This document shows, piece after piece, positions 38,622-52,904 of a DNA stretch of 64,000 nucleotides. The first letter of the stretch is position 1; every line of letters starts with the position of its first letter. The stretch is from Squalus acanthias (taxonomy: Eukaryota): NCBI GenBank assembly GCA_030390025.1, contig CM059431.1, forward strand, positions 134,790,001 to 134,854,000, read 5' to 3'. Position numbers and translations under genes: made by a program. The notes below the pieces were generated by a model that was given only the letters and a program-made list of their open reading frames with translations, had not been told where the DNA came from and ran no database searches.

Positions 38622-41600
38622 ATTGGTTAAGGAGAATGCTACAGTGCTAGAGAGAGAGGGTGTCCTGGAGGAGTCAAGAACCAAATCTATTTGGTTAGAG
38701 TTGAGAAACAATAGAGGTGCCATTACACTACTAGGTATATTCTATAGGCCGCCAACTTGTGGGAAGGATATAGAGGGGCAAATTTGCTGGGAAATTACAG
38801 AGAGGTGCAAGAACTAAAGAGTAATGATAATGGGGGACTTCAATTATCCTAATATAGACTGGGATAGTAATAATGTAAAAGGCAGAGAGGGGGAAGAATT
38901 TCTGAAGTGTGTTCAGGAGAACTTTCTTGATCAGTACGTTTATGGCCCAACGAGGAAGAAGGCATTGCTGGATCTGGTTCTAGGGAATGAGGTGGGGCAA
39001 GTGGAGCAAGTGTCAGTAGGGGAACATTTAGGGAACAGTGATCATAGTATCATAAGGTTTAGATTAGCTATGGAAAAGAACAGGGAGCAATCTAGAGTAA
39101 AAGTACTTAAATGGAGGAAGGCCAATTTCATTGGGATGAGAATGGATCTGGCCCGGGTAAATTGGAATCAAAGATTGGCAGGCAAAACTGTAATAGAGCA
39201 ATGGGCTACCTTTCAAGAGAAGCTGGGTTTGGGTACAGTCGAGGTACATTCTCACGAGGGGGTAAGGTAGGGCAACCAAAGTCAGAGCTCCCTGGATGAT
39301 GAAAGGGATAGAGAGTAAGATGAAGCAGAAAAAAAGGGCATATGACAGATGTCAGGTTGAGAATACAAGTGAGAATCAGGCTGAATATAGGGGAAGTGAA
39401 AAAGAAAATAAGAGGGGCAAAGTGCGAGTATGAGAATAGATTGGCAGCTAACATAAAAGAGAATTCAAAAGTCTTCTATAGGCATATAATTAGTAAACAG
39501 GTAGTAAGAGGAGGGGTGGGGGGGGGCCGATTAGGGACCAAAAAGGAGACCTACACATGGAGGCAGAGGGCATGGCTGAGGTACTAAATGAGTACTTTGC
39601 ATCTGTCTTCACCAAGGAAGAAGATGCTGCCAAAGTCATAGTGAAAGAGGAGATAGTGGAGATACTGGATGAGATAAAAATTGATAAAGAGGAGGCACTA
39701 TAAAGGCTGGCTGTACTTAAAGTAGATAAGTCACCAGGACCGGATGGGATGCATTCTAGGATGCTGAGGGAAGTTAAGTGGATATCGCGGAGGTACTGGC
39801 CATAATCTTCCAATCCTCCTTAGATACGGGGGATGATACCAGAGGACTGGAAAATTGCAAATGTTACACCCTTGTTCAAATAAGGGTATAAGGATAAACC
39901 CAACAACTACAGACCAGTCAGTTTAACCTCGGTAGTGGGGAAGCTTTAAGAAATGATAATCCGAGACAAAATTAACAGTCACTTGGACAAGTGTGGATTA
40001 ATTAAGGAAAGTCAGCACGGAGTTTTCACAGGCAAATCGTGTTTAACTAACTTGATCGAGTTTTTTGATGAGGTAATAGAGAGGGTTGATGAGGACAATG
40101 CGGTTGGTGTGGTGTACATGGACTTCCAAAAGGCGTTTGATGAAGTGCCACATAATAGGCATGCCAGCAAAGTTGAAGCCCATGGAATAAAAGTGACAGT
40201 GGCAGCATGGATACGAAATTGACTAAGTGACAGGAAACAGAGAGTAGTGGTAAACGGTTATTTAATCGGACTGGAGGGAGGTATACAGTGGTGTTTCCCC
40301 AGGGGTCAGTACTAGGACCACTGCTTTTCATGATATATAGTAATGACTTGGACTTGGGTGTACAGGGCACAATTTCAAAATTTGCGAATGACACAATACT
40401 TGGAAGTACTGTATAGTGAACAGTGAGGAGGATAGTGATAGACTTCAAGAGGACATAGACAGGCTGGCGAAATGGGTGGACACGTGGCGGATGAAATTTA
40501 ACGCAGGAAAGTGCGAAGTGATATATTTTGGTAGGAAGAACGAGGAGAGGCAATATAAACTAAAGGGTACAATCCTAAAGTGGGTGCATGAATAGACAGA
40601 CCTGGGGGTATATGTGCACAAATAGTTGAAAGTGACAGGGCAGGTTGAGAAAGTGGTTAAAAAAGCATATGGGATCTGGGCTTCATAAATAGAGGCATAG
40701 GATTTTACCTGCCAAGACGAGTTGGGGGCGGGACTGCTGCCTTCCGGGTTCCAGTCCCGCCCCCAGTGACGTCCAACGCACAGATGCTATTTTCCCCTGA
40801 TTGGCCTTGTTAAGCCCGCCCTGCGGGCTTGCTGGCCAATTAAGGGAAAGCCGGTGTCAGATGACGTCAGTTCATGACGCTTCATCTGTCGGTTTTCTTA
40901 AAGGGACATGTACCATTTATTTTTGACAGATGATTTGTCAGTGTTTGACAGCATTGAGGAGCTATCAAACACTGACAATCACTGTACACAGGTGACCCCT
41001 TGCACCCAGGCTCTCCAATGACTCTCTCCTTAGGATAAAACAGATGGCAGCTGCAGGTGAGGTTACAGAAGCGATCTGTCACTTCTCCCAATGAGGTGAG
41101 GCCACACAAACCCTTCAAAGCTTGTCATCTACAGAAAATTCTAAACACATTAAAAATGACTTTCCCAACATCTCCTTACCTCTGATACTCACCAGTGTCC
41201 CATTGGATCTTCACACCAATTCTGCAGCTGTCAGCTATACACAAACATTACAACAGACCCACAGCACACCTCACTTACCCTGGCGGAGTTCCCCGACGTC
41301 GGGAAGCCCGCACCAGAAGTCTAAATATGGGAAAAAGCCTCTAAACTACCTGTTAACAGGCAGTTAAGTGGCTATAATCCTCTTCCCGCCACTAGGAGTC
41401 GGGTCCCTGTGCAAATCGGGGACCCGACTCCTGGGAAAATTGTTTGGAGGCGGGTTGGGAGCGAGTTCGGGACCCGCTCCCATTCTTTTTGATTTTGCCA
41501 GCAGTCCCGCCTCCAAACCTGCCTCCTCAGGGCTGGTAAAATCCAGCCCATAGATTCAAAAGCATGGAAGTTATGATGAACCCTTATAAAACACTTCTGC

Positions 41601-42158
41601 CTCAACTGGAGTATTGTGTCAATTTCTGGGCACTGCACTTTAGGAAGGGTGTGAAGGCCTTAGAGAGGCTGCAGAAAAGATTTGTGAGAATGGTTCCAGG
41701 GATGAGAAACTTCAGTTATGTGGATAGACTACAGAAGCTGGGGATGTTCTCCTCTGAGCAGAGAAGGTTGAGAGGAGATCTGATGGAGGCGTTCAAAATC
41801 ATGAGGGGTCTCGACAGAGTAGATAGAGAGAAACTGTTCCCATTGGCAGAAGGGTCGAGAACCAGAGGACATAGATTTAAGGTGATTGGCAAAAGAACCA
41901 AACGTGACATGAGGAAAAACTTTTTTTGCGCAGCGAGTGGTTAGGATCTGGAATGCACTGCCTGAGAGGGTGGTGGAGGCAGGCTCAATCGTAGCTTTCA
42001 AAAGGAAATTGGATAAGTACCTGAAGGAAAACAAATTGCAGGGCTACGGGGAAAGGGCGGGGAAGTGGGACTAGCTGAAGTGCTCTTGCAGAGAGTGGGC
42101 ACGGGCTCGACAGGCCGAATGACCTCCTTCTGTGCTGTAACCATTCTATGATTCTATG
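38622..42158 (+). mobile_element. Near-complete degraded CR1 ORF2 (APE endonuclease + RT)
   Basis: YRPP, MGDFNYP, LDLVL, SDH, RT motifs and (attctatg)n tail. Many stops. Confidence 0.9.
40700..41549. mobile_element. Harbinger-type MITE in CR1
   Basis: Right TIR aaaatccagccc, left TIR lacking its first bases, ATA on both sides. Confidence 0.8.
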
Positions 42159-42159
42159 C

Positions 42160-42615
42160 GTACATGGACCCCTAAATCTCTTAGGCCATTCACTGTTCCT
42201 AGCTGTTCAACATTTAAATAATGCTCAGAGCTATCCTTTTTTGGTCCAAAATATTTGACTTCACAATTAACCTGTATTGAAATCCATCTGCCAGAGTTTT
42301 ACCTTCTCACTTAATCTATCAATGTCTCTTTGTAATTTTATGCTCCTACACACTACTTACTATGCCACCAGTCTTTGTGACATCGGCAAACTTGCATATA
42401 TGGCTTTCTATTGCGTTATCTAACTCATTAATAAATATAGTGAACAGTTGAGTCTCCAGCACAGATCCTTGTAGGACACCACTCGTCACTTCCTTCCAAT
42501 TCGTGTACATACACATTATCCGCTACCACCTAACAAATCTCCCTACCAGGTCAATAATTTGCCTTCAATTTTAGCTAACAGTCTCTTACATAGAACTTTA
42601 TCAAATGTCTTCTGG
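42160..42615 (-). mobile_element. CR1 RT fragment
   Basis: Minus-strand GVLQGSV and KFADVTK remnants. Confidence 0.7.
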
Positions 42616-43300
42616 AAAAGGTATAGAGGGCACAGAATCTGAAAATACATCCAGGAGAAATTTTGAACCAGTACATAGCAAGTCCAACAAGAGAGTGGGC
42701 GGTTGTGGGCGTAGTTTTAGCGAATGAAGCTGGGCAGGTGGAAGGGGTATCAGTAGGAGACCAATTTGGTGGTAGTGATCATAATTCAGTTAGATTTAGC
42801 GTAGTTATGGAAAAGGACAAAGATAGACCAGGTAATAGTTCTCAATTGGGGAAAGGCCAATTTTACTAAGCTGAGATGTGATTTAGCAAAAGTGGACTGG
42901 ATACAGCTACTTGAAGGTAAATCAGCGTCAGAGCAGTGGGAGGCATTCAAGGAGGAAATAGTGAGGGTTCAGAGCAACTATGTTCCCTGAAGAAAAAGAG
43001 AGGGACTTCCAAATCTCGAGCCCCCTGGATGTCAAGGGGCATACAGGGTAGGATAAGGCAAAAAAGGGAAGCTTATGTCAGATACTAAGAGCTAAATACT
43101 GTACTGCAGAAAGCCTAGAGGAGTGTAGAAAGTGCAGGGGTGAAAATAAAAAGGAAATTAGGAAAGAAAAGAGAAGGCATCAAAAAATATTGGCAAGTAA
43201 AATCAAGGAAAACCCAAAGATGTTTTATAAATACATAAAGAGGATAACTAAAGAAAGAGTAGGGCCTATTAGAGGCCAAAAAGGTAACCAGTCTGTGGAG

Positions 43301-45300
43301 ACAGCCCGCTTCTACCTCCTTCCCAAGATCCACAAACAGGACTGCCCTGGTAGACCCATCGTTACAGCCTGTTCTTGCCCCACGGAACTTATCTCTTCCT
43401 ATCTCGACTCTATTTTTTCTCCCCTTGTCCAGTCTCTTCCCACCTACATCTGCGACTCTTCCGACGCCCTCCGCCACTTTAACAGTTTCCAGTTTCCTGC
43501 CCGCAACTGCCTCCTTTTGACTATGGACGTACAATCCCTCTACACCTCCATCCCCCACCAGGATGGCCTGAGGGCGCTCCGCTTCTTCCTTGTACAGAGG
43601 CCCAACCAGTCCCCATCCACCACTACCCTCCTCCGCTTGGCTGAACTTGTTCTCACATTGAACAACTTCTCCTTTGACTCCACCCATTTCCTCCAAATCA
43701 AAGGTGTTGCTATGGGAACCCGCATGGGTCCTAGCTATGCCTGCCTTTTCGTGGGATTTGTGGAACACTCTTTGTTCCAGTCCTACTCGGGTCCCCTCCC
43801 TCACCTCTTTTTCCGGTACATTGATCACTGTATCGGTGCCGTTTCCTGCTCTCGCCCTGAACTAGATAATTTCATTCACTTTGCTTCCAATTTCCACCCT
43901 TCCCTCACCTTCACATGGTCCATCTCCGACTCTTCCCTTCCCTTCCTCAACTTCTCCGTCTCCATCTCTGGGGATAGGTTATTGACTAACATTCACTACA
44001 AGCCCACTGACTCCCACAGCTACCTGGACTACACTTCCTCCCACCCCGCCTGCTGTAAGGACTCTATTCCATTCTCCCAGTTTCTCCGTTTCCGCCGCAT
44101 CTGCTCTGACGATGCCACCTTCCATACCAGTGCTTCCGACATGTCTTCCTTTTTCCTCAACCGAGGATTCCCCTCTACAGTGGTTGACACGGCCCTCGAG
44201 CGTGTCCGTTCTATCTCCCGCACTTCTGCCCTCACCACTGCCCCTCCCTCCCGGAACCACAATAGAGTTCCCCTTGTCCTCACCTTTCACCCCACCAGCC
44301 TCCATATTAACGTATCATCCTCCGCCATTTCCGCCACCTCCAGCGTGATCCCACCACCAAATGCATCTTCCCCTCACCTCCCCTTTCAGCATTCTGTAGG
44401 GACCGCTCCCTCCGCGACACCCTAGTCCACTCCTCTATCGCCCCCAACACCCCTTCCCCTTCGCCCGGCACCTTCCCGTGCAAGCGCAGGAGATGCAACA
44501 CATGCCCTTATACCTCCCCACTTCCCACTGTCCAGGGCCCCAAACACCCCTTCCAGGTGAAACAGCAATTTACTTGTACTTCTCGCAATTTAGTATACTG
44601 TATTCGCTGCTCACGATGTGGTCTCCTCTACATTGGGGAGACCAAACGCAGATTGGGTGACCGCTTTGCGGAACACCTCCGTTCAGTCTGTAAGGGGGAC
44701 CCCGAGCTTCCAGTCGCCTGTCACTTTAATTCACTGCTCCACTCCCACTCAGACCTCACCATCCTCGGCCTCTTGCATTGTTCCATGGAAGCGCAGCGTA
44801 AGCTCAAGGAACAGCACCTCATCTTTCGAGCCTTCTGGACTCAACATAGAGTTCAACAATTTCAGATCATAACATACATATATAATATTTTATCCACACT
44901 TTTGTTCTGTTCTTCTCTCCCACAGGGCAGCTGTCTTCCATTCTGCCAGCGCAATTTACACTTCATCTAGAGCCATCCTTTGTTTCTTAACCTGTCCCAT
45001 TACCATCCCCTTTTGCCTTGAATATCTCTTAATGTCTCTCAATGTCTCTTAATCTCTCCTGCCTTCCAGCCTATCAAAGGCCTTCCCTTTTGTTCTTTCA
45101 TCCTCTCCCCATTTCCCAGCCACTACACAAGCTTAAAAATCTGTTACATTTCCTGCTTTTTTCCAGTTCTGACGAAAGGTCATCGACCTGAAACGTTAAC
45201 TCTGTTTCTCTCTTCACAGATGCTGCCTGACCTGCTGAGTATTTCCAGCATTTTCTGTTTTTATTTCAGATTTCCAGCAACTGCAGTATTTTCTTTTTGC
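43301..45300 (+). mobile_element. Penelope-like retroelement, 5'-truncated, RT + GIY-YIG endonuclease
   Basis: FYLLPKIHK, DVQSLYTSIP, GVAMGT.MGP, RYIDH (second catalytic D mutated), VYCIRCSRCGLLYIGETKRRL..RF.EH. Frameshift near 44305. Terminal repeat carries a hammerhead. Confidence 0.93.
45165..45201 (+). ncRNA. Minimal type I hammerhead ribozyme
   Basis: agtt-CUGACGA-a-aggtc/atc/gacct-GAAA-cGUU-aact. Helix I agtt/aact, helix II 5 bp, palindromic ACGU helix III. Confidence 0.8.
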
Positions 45301-45334
45301 AGAAGAAGTGGGTATGGTTCTTAATTAATACTTT

Positions 45335-45627
45335 GGGCTGGATTTTGTCTTGGGGTCGGGTTGGGGTTGTGTAATCCGCATTTCGTGTTCCCTCCGCGAC
45401 TCCAGATTAATGTGGTTGCCTGATGCAATTTTCAGTTAATTGGGCAATTGAGTTGCAGCATGTGGGAACCCATGAACTAATTAGTGGTTTCAGTCTGAAA
45501 CCCGCCTCTGATGATGTCATCATTGCTGAGTGCCTGCTCTCAGAGATTGTCTGGCTACTGGTGAGAGAGGACCTGTCTGCATTGCTTCTGATGTGAGTGG
45601 ACCTGGATGGAAATGAATATATATATA

Positions 45628-45661
<34 letters not shown>

Positions 45662-46103
45662 TTTTCCATCCAAGTCCTCTTACACCAAATGCCATGACAT
45701 TGAATGTAGCAGTATCAGAGGCGACTTTCACACCTACTACTACTACCTTCATCACATCTCCGTTGTAATAGTGGACTTGCAGCCGATAGTCAGTTATCCA
45801 TTTGTGCTCCCGCCAGGTTTCACTGGAGTGTTTCACACCAGGCGTGCGTCACGTCAGAAAAGGGTTAAACTAGCTACAACGTTTCAAAATAGCATTACAG
45901 ACCCAATTTAGGGCTTGTTAAGTGCTTTAATGGCCTCTCCCGCCTCTTGGAGGCGGGACGGAGTCGGGAACCCCGCGACTGATTTTGTCAAAATTGCGTG
46001 GAGGCGGGATGGAGTCGGGATGGGGTCGGAAACCCCGACCCTGCAAATTTAACCCCCCACACGCCTCCAAACCCGACTCCATGAGTCAATCAAAATCCAG
46101 CCC
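45335..46103. mobile_element. Harbinger MITE related to the 10763 family
   Basis: TIR gggctggattttg / caaaatccagccc. Both ends colinear with 10763-14036. Internal (AT)n(AG)n. Confidence 0.85.
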
Positions 46104-48509
46104 ACAGTGTCTGCCTTCACAAAAGAGAGGGATGATGCAGACATTGTAGTTAAGGAGGAAGAGTGTGAAATATTAGATGAGATAAACATAGTGAGAGAGG
46201 AAGCATTAAGTGGTTTAGTATCTTTCAAAGTAGATAAATCACCAGGCACAGGTGAAATGTATCCCAGGCTGTTAAGAGAAGCAAGGGAGGAAACAGCAGA
46301 GGTTCTGGCCATCATTTTACAATCCTCTCTGATTACAGGTGTGCTGCTGGAGGACTGGAGCACGACTGACGTTGCACCATTGTTTAAAAAGGGAGAAAGG
46401 GATAGACCGAGAAATTACAGGCCAGTCAGCCTAAACTTGGTGGTGGATGAATTATTGGAAAAAATTCTGAAGGACAGTATTAATCATCATTTAGAAAGGC
46501 ATGGATTAATCAAGGACAGTCAGCATGGATTTGTTAAGGGAAGGTCGTGTCTGACTAACTTGACTGAAATTTTTGAGGAGGTAACAAGGAGAGTCGATGT
46601 GGGTAGCATGTTTGATGTAGTCTACATGGATTTTAGCAAGGCTTTTGACAAGGTCCCACATGGCAGACTGGTCAGAAAAGTAAAAGCCCATGGGATCCAA
46701 GGGAAAGGGGCAAGTTGTATCCAAAATTGGGTCAGTGGCAGGAAGCAAAAGGTAATGGTCGACGGGTGTTTTTGTGACTGGAAGGCTGTTTCCAGTGGGG
46801 TTCCGCAGGGCTCAGTACTGGGTCCCTTACTTTTTTTGGTATTATATCAATGATTTAGACTTCAATGTAGGGGGCATGATTAAGAAGTTTGCAGATGATA
46901 CAAAAATTGGCCATGTGGTTGATAGTGAGGAAGAAAGCTGTAGACTGCAGGAAGATATCAATGGACTGGGCAGGTGGGCAGAATAGTGGCTAATGGAATT
47001 TAATCTGGAGAAGTGTGAGGTAATGCATTTGGGGAGGGCTAACAAGACAAGGGAATACACACTAAATGGTAAAATACTGAGAAGTGTAGAGGAACAGAGA
47101 GACCTTGGACTGCATGTCCACAAATCCCTGAAGGTAGCAGGAAAGGTGGTTAAGAAGGCATATGGGATATTTTCCTTTTTAATAGACGAGGCATAGAATA
47201 TAAGAGCAGGGAGGTTATGCTTGAACTGTATAAAACACTAGTTATGCTTGAACTGTATAAAACACTAGTTAGGCCAAAGCTAGAGAACTGCGTACAGTTC
47301 TGGTCACTGCATTACAGGAAAGATGTGATTGTACTAGAGAGGGTACTGAGGAGATTTATGAGGATGTTGGACTGAGAACTTTAGCTATAAGGAAAAATTG
47401 GATAGGCTGGGGTTATTTTCTTTGGAACAGTGGAGGCTGAGGGGAGACTTAACTGAGGTGTAAAAAGTTATGAGGGGCCAAGATAGTGTGGATAGGAAGG
47501 GCCTATTTCCCTTAGCAGAGAGGTCAATAACCAGGGGACATAGATTCAAAGTAATTGGCAGAAGGATTAGAGGGGAGTTGAGGAGAGACGGTGGTGGGGG
47601 TCTAGAACTCACTGCCTGAAAGGGTGGTAGAGGTAGAAACCGTCATCACATTTAAAAAGTACTTGGATTTGCACTTGAAGTGCCATAATCTACAAGGCTA
47701 CGGACCAAGAGCTGGAAAGTGGGATTAGGCTGGATAGCTCTATTTCGGCCAGCACAGACTTGATGGGCCGAATGGCCTCCTTCTGTGCCGTAAATTTCTA
47801 TGAATCTATGATTCCATATAAACTACAACCATAGACATTCTCCGGTAGAGGAAGAGGATAGCATGCTGGAGATCCCAAGGAAGCTAATAGTGAATCAAGG
47901 GTTGGGAGTCACCAAAATTAACCTAAGCAAAATAAGAGTAATGAAGAAAACAATGGGACTAAAGAGTAGCAAATCCCCAGGACCAGATGGTTTCCATCCC
48001 AGGGTTTTAAAGGAAGTAGGTGAGAACATTGCAGATGCCCTAACTATAATCTTAATAAGTTCATTTGATTCAGGAACCATTCCTTTAGATTGGAAAATTG
48101 CACATGTCACTCCGTTATTTAAGATCGGTGAGCAAGGGAAACCAGGGAATTATAGATCAGTTAGCCTAACATCTGTTGTCGGGAAATTACTAGAGTTTAT
48201 AATTAAGGAAGAGTGACTGAACACCTTGAAAATTTTCAGCAGATCAAAGAGAGCCAGCATGGATTTGTAAAAGGTAGGTCATGCCTGACAAACCTGATTC
48301 AACTATTTTGAAGAGGTGACTGAAGTAGTGGACAGGGGAATGTCTATGGATTTTATTTATATGGACTTCCAGAAAGCATTTGATAAAGTCCCTCATAAAG
48401 ACTGTTAACTAAAGTTGAAGCTCATGGAATTGAAGGCAAATTATTGACCTGGTTACAAAATTGGCAGAGCGGTAGGAGACAGAGAGTAGAGATAATAGGC
48501 AGGTATTCA

Positions 48510-51385
48510 ACATCCAGGGGTATTCAATATTCAGGAAGGACAGGCAAAAAGAAAAAGGAGGTGGGGTAGCATTGCTGGTTAAAGAGGAGATTAACACAAT
48601 AGTAAGGAAGGATATTAGCTCTGATGATGTGGAATCTGTATGGTAGAGCTGAGAAATACCAAGGGGCAGAAAACGTTAGTGGGAGTTGTATACAGACCCC
48701 CAAACAGTAATGCTGAGGTTGGGGATGGCATTAAACGGGAAATTAGAAATGTGCGCAATAAGGGCACAGCAGTTATCATGGGTGACTTTAATCTACATAT
48801 AGATTGGGCTAACCAAATTAGTAACAATACTGTGGAGGAGGAATTCCTAGAGTGTATACAGGATGGTTTCCTGGACCAATATGTCGAGGAACCAACTAGA
48901 GATCAGGCCATCTTAGACTGGGTATTATGTAATGAGAAAGGATTAATTAGCAATCTTGAGCGAGGCCCCTTGGGGAGGAGCGATCATAATATGATAGAAT
49001 TCTTCATTAAGATGGAGAGTGAAGTAGTTGACTCAGAGACTAGGGTCCTGAATTTAAATAAAGGAAACTATGATGGTATGAGGCGCGAGTTGGCTAGGGT
49101 GGATTGGGGAGCGTTACTTAAAGGGTTGACGGTGGATAGGCAATGGCAAACATTTAAAGATCGCATGGATGAACTACAGAATTTGTTCATCCCTGTTTGG
49201 CATAAAAATAAAACAAAAAAGGTGACTCAACCGTGGCTAACAAGGGAAATTAGGGATAGCATAAGATCCAAGGAGCGGACATATAAATTGGCCAGAAAAA
49301 GCAGCAAACCTGAGGATTGGGAGCAGTTTAGGATTCAGCAAAGGAGGACAAAGGGATTAATTAAGAGGGGGAAAACAGAATATGAGAGTAAGCTTGCAGC
49401 GAACATAAAAACTGACTGCAAAAGCTTCTATAGATATGTGAAGAGAAAAAGATTGGTGAAGTCAAGCGTAGGTCCCTTGCAGTCAGAATCAGGGGAATTT
49501 ATAATGGGGAACAAAGAAATGGCAGACCAATTAAATACATACTTTGGTTCTGTCTTCACAAAGGAGGACACAAATAACCTCCAAGAGATGTCGGGGAACA
49601 TAGGGTCTAATGAGAGGGAGGAACTGAATGAAAGCAGTATTTGTAGGGAAATGGTGTTAGGGAAATTAACGGGATTGAAGGCCAATAAATCCCCAGGGCC
49701 TGATAATCTACATCCTAGGGTACTTAAGGAAGTGGCCCTAGAAATAGTAGATACCACGCTGGTCATCTTCCAAAATTCTATAGACTCTGGAACAGTTCCC
49801 ATGGATTGGAGGGTAGCTAATGTAACCCTACTATTTCAAAAAGGTGGTAGAGATAAAACGGGGAATTATAGACCGGTAAGCCTGACATCGGTAGTGGGGA
49901 AAATGCTAGAGACCATTATAAAAGATGTAACAGCAGAGCACTTGGAAAACAGTGACAGGATCAGACAAAGTCAACATGGATTTACAAAAGGTAAATCATG
50001 CTTGACTAATCTACTGGAATTTTTTGAAGATGTAACTGGTAGAACAGAGAAGTGAGAACCAGTGGATGTGGTGTATTTGGACTTTCAGAAGTCTTTCGAT
50101 AAGGTCCCGCATAAGAGATTAGCGTGCAAAGTTAAAGCACACGGGACTGGGGGTAAGGTACTGTCTTGGATAGAAAACTTGTTGGCAGACAGGAAGCAAA
50201 GAGTTGGAATAAACCGGTCTTTTTCTGAGTGGCAGGCAGTGACTAGTGGGGTACCGCAGGGATCGGTGCTAGGACCCCAGTTATTCACAATATATATTAA
50301 TGATCTAGACGAGGGAACTAGATGTAATATCTCCAAGTTTGCAGACGACACAAAGCTGGGTGGGCGTGTGTGCTGTGAGGAGGATGCAGAGAAACTCCAG
50401 TATGATTTGGACAGGTTGGGTGATTAGGCAGATGCAGTATAATGTGGATAAATGCGAGGTTATCCACTTTGGTGGCAAAAACAGGAAGGCAGATTATTAT
50501 CTGAACGGCAATAGATTGGGAAAGAAATGTAAGTTTATTTTTAGCCCCGTTAAAAACTGTAATTATTTTTTTCAAAAATTTAAATTATTGTTTAAAATAG
50601 TTATTTTATGTAATTTATAGTTATTTTAAAAATGTGATTTAAAAAAAAAATTATTTGATGTTTTAGTTGGGTTTTGGGGCCAATCTCTATGCATAGATTT
50701 GACAGGTCTTCCTGTCAAATCCATGAATGGAGATTCCCTGCTCCGATTGGCTCCCCATGGCCTATGTGATCCCAGGGGACGCTTCAAACTAACTGCGCCC
50801 CTGGGATACGCAAGCACTGCGCACCGGCAGCTGGAGGAGGCACAGGATCGGAATCCCACGCGGGCCCACAGCACAACGACAGGCGCGCTAGGTAAGTGCA
50901 GGTTGGGGGCTTGCACCCGCGGGAAGCCTCCGACCCGAATTTCTGGCCCATTGGGTCGATTGGGCTTGTATTCGCTAGAGTTTCGAAGAATGAGAGGGGA
51001 TCTCATTGAAACTTATAACATTCTAACAGACTAGACAGACTAGATACAGGAAGGATGTTCCCGATGGTGGGGGAGTCCAGAACCAGGGGTCACAGTCGAA
51101 GGATAAGGGGTAAGCCATTTAGGACTGAGATGAGGAGGAATTTCTTCACCCAGAGAGTGGTGAACCTGTGGAATTCTCTACCACAGAAGATAGTTGAGTC
51201 CAATTCATTAAATATATTCCAGAAGGAGTTAGATATATTTCTTAAGGCTAAGGGGATCAAGGGATATGGGGAGAAAGCAGGGACAGGGTACTGAATTTGG
51301 ATGATCAGCCATGATCGCATTGAATGGCGGAGCAGGCTCGAAGGGCCGAATGGCCTACTCCTGCTCCTATCTTCTATGTTTCTAT
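48510..51385 (+). mobile_element. Younger CR1 nested in CR1
   Basis: 471-aa ORF 48640-50055 (endonuclease + RT start), RT 50062-50427, own tail. Confidence 0.9.
50525..50949. mobile_element. Partial GGCCC-ended MITE related to 52905-53651
   Basis: Shared gggatacgcaagcactgc block and aatttctggccc end. Adjacent CR1 sequence deleted. Confidence 0.6.
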
Positions 51386-52090
51386 GTACTCTAATTGGCA
51401 GGTTGTGACTAGCGGTGTCCCACAAGGATCTGTGTTGGGAACTCAACTATTCACCGTATTTATTTACAACTTAGATGATGGGATAGAGAGCCACATATCC
51501 AAGTTATCTGATGACACAAAGATAGGCTGCATTGTAAGCAGTGTAGATGGAAGCATAAAATTACAAAGAGATATTAATAGATTAAGCAAACGGGCAAAAC
51601 TGTGACAAAATAGATTTCAATGTAGGCAAATATGAAGTCATCCACTTTGGACCTAAAATGGATAGAACAGGATACTTTCTAAATGGTGAAAAGCTAAAAA
51701 CAGTGGCGGTCCAAAGAGACTTGGGGGTCCAGGTACATAGATCATTAAATTATCATGGACAGAAAATAATCAAAAGGCCTTTACATCTAGAGGACTAGAA
51801 TAGAAGGGGGTAGATGTTATGCTGCAGCTATACAAAGTCCTGGTTAGACCACACCTGGAGAACTGTAAGCAGTTCTGGGCACCACACCTTAGGAAAGATA
51901 TATTGGCCTTGGAAGGAGTGCAACGTAGATTTACCAGAACGATACCTGGACTCCAAGGGTTAAATTACAAGGAGAGATTACACAAACTAGGACAAAAGCA
52001 AAATACTGCGGATGCTGGAAATCTGAAATAAAAACAGAAAATGCTGGAAATACTCAGCAGGTCAGGCAGTATCTGTGGAGAGAGAAACAG

Positions 52091-52127
52091 AGTTAACGTT
52101 TCAGATCGATGACCCTTCGTCAGAACT
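52091..52127 (-). ncRNA. Minimal type I hammerhead ribozyme
   Basis: Minus strand reads agtt-ctgacga-agggtc-atc-gatct-gaaa-cgtt-aact. Confidence 0.75.
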
Positions 52128-52904
52128 GGCTAACACCCTTCTTCCAATCTCACCCCCTGCCGTGTTTTGACTATCCCCTCTGACCTTCCCCTCTCTGACC
52201 CCGAACGATCAGTCCTTAGCAAAGGCCTGAGCTTCATCCCCTTACGCCCCCATCTCAATGAATTTCGAGCCCGTTTTCAGAATTCTCGTTCTACCTGGAC
52301 CCCTCCCTCTGGCCTCTTAACCTCTCTAGATCTTTTCATTGCAAACTGCCAGCGTGACATCGGCCGTCTCAATTTCTCTGCTCCCCTCACTCACTCTAAC
52401 CTACCTCCCACTGAACTTGCAGCACTCCATTCTCTCAGATCCAACCCCAAAATTGTCATTAAACCTGCTGACAAGGGTGGTGCTGTTGTTGTTTGGCGAA
52501 CCAACCTCTACCTAGCGGAGGCTGAACGCCAACTCTCCGACACCTCCTCCTGGACCACGACCCCACTACCGAACATCAAGCCACCGTTTCCAAGACCGTC
52601 ACTGACCTCATCTCCTCTGGAGATCTTCCCTCCACGGCCGCCAACCTCATAATTCCCCAACCCCGCATAGCCCTCTTCGACCTCCTTCCCAAGATCCACA
52701 AACAGGACTGCCCCAGTAGACCCATCGTTTCAGCCTGTTCTTGCCCCACGGAACTTATCTCTTCCTATCTCGACTCTATTTTATCTCCCCTTGTCCAGTC
52801 TCTTCCCACCTACATCCACGACTCTTCCGACGCCCTCCGTCACTTTAACAGTTTCCAGTTTCCTGGCCCCCAGTTCTGACGAAGGGTCATCGACCTGAAA
52901 CGTT

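Larger units (their letters stand above)
42620..47815 (+). mobile_element. CR1 LINE interrupted by a Penelope element and a MITE
   Basis: Endonuclease C-terminus at 42620-43297, RT ORF 46107-46853, tail near 47810. Confidence 0.85.

Noticed and set aside
43190..44425. Novel CR1-Penelope fusion protein
   Set aside because: Chance in-frame junction of a truncated Penelope inserted in a dead CR1. RT motif is YIDH and a frameshift follows.
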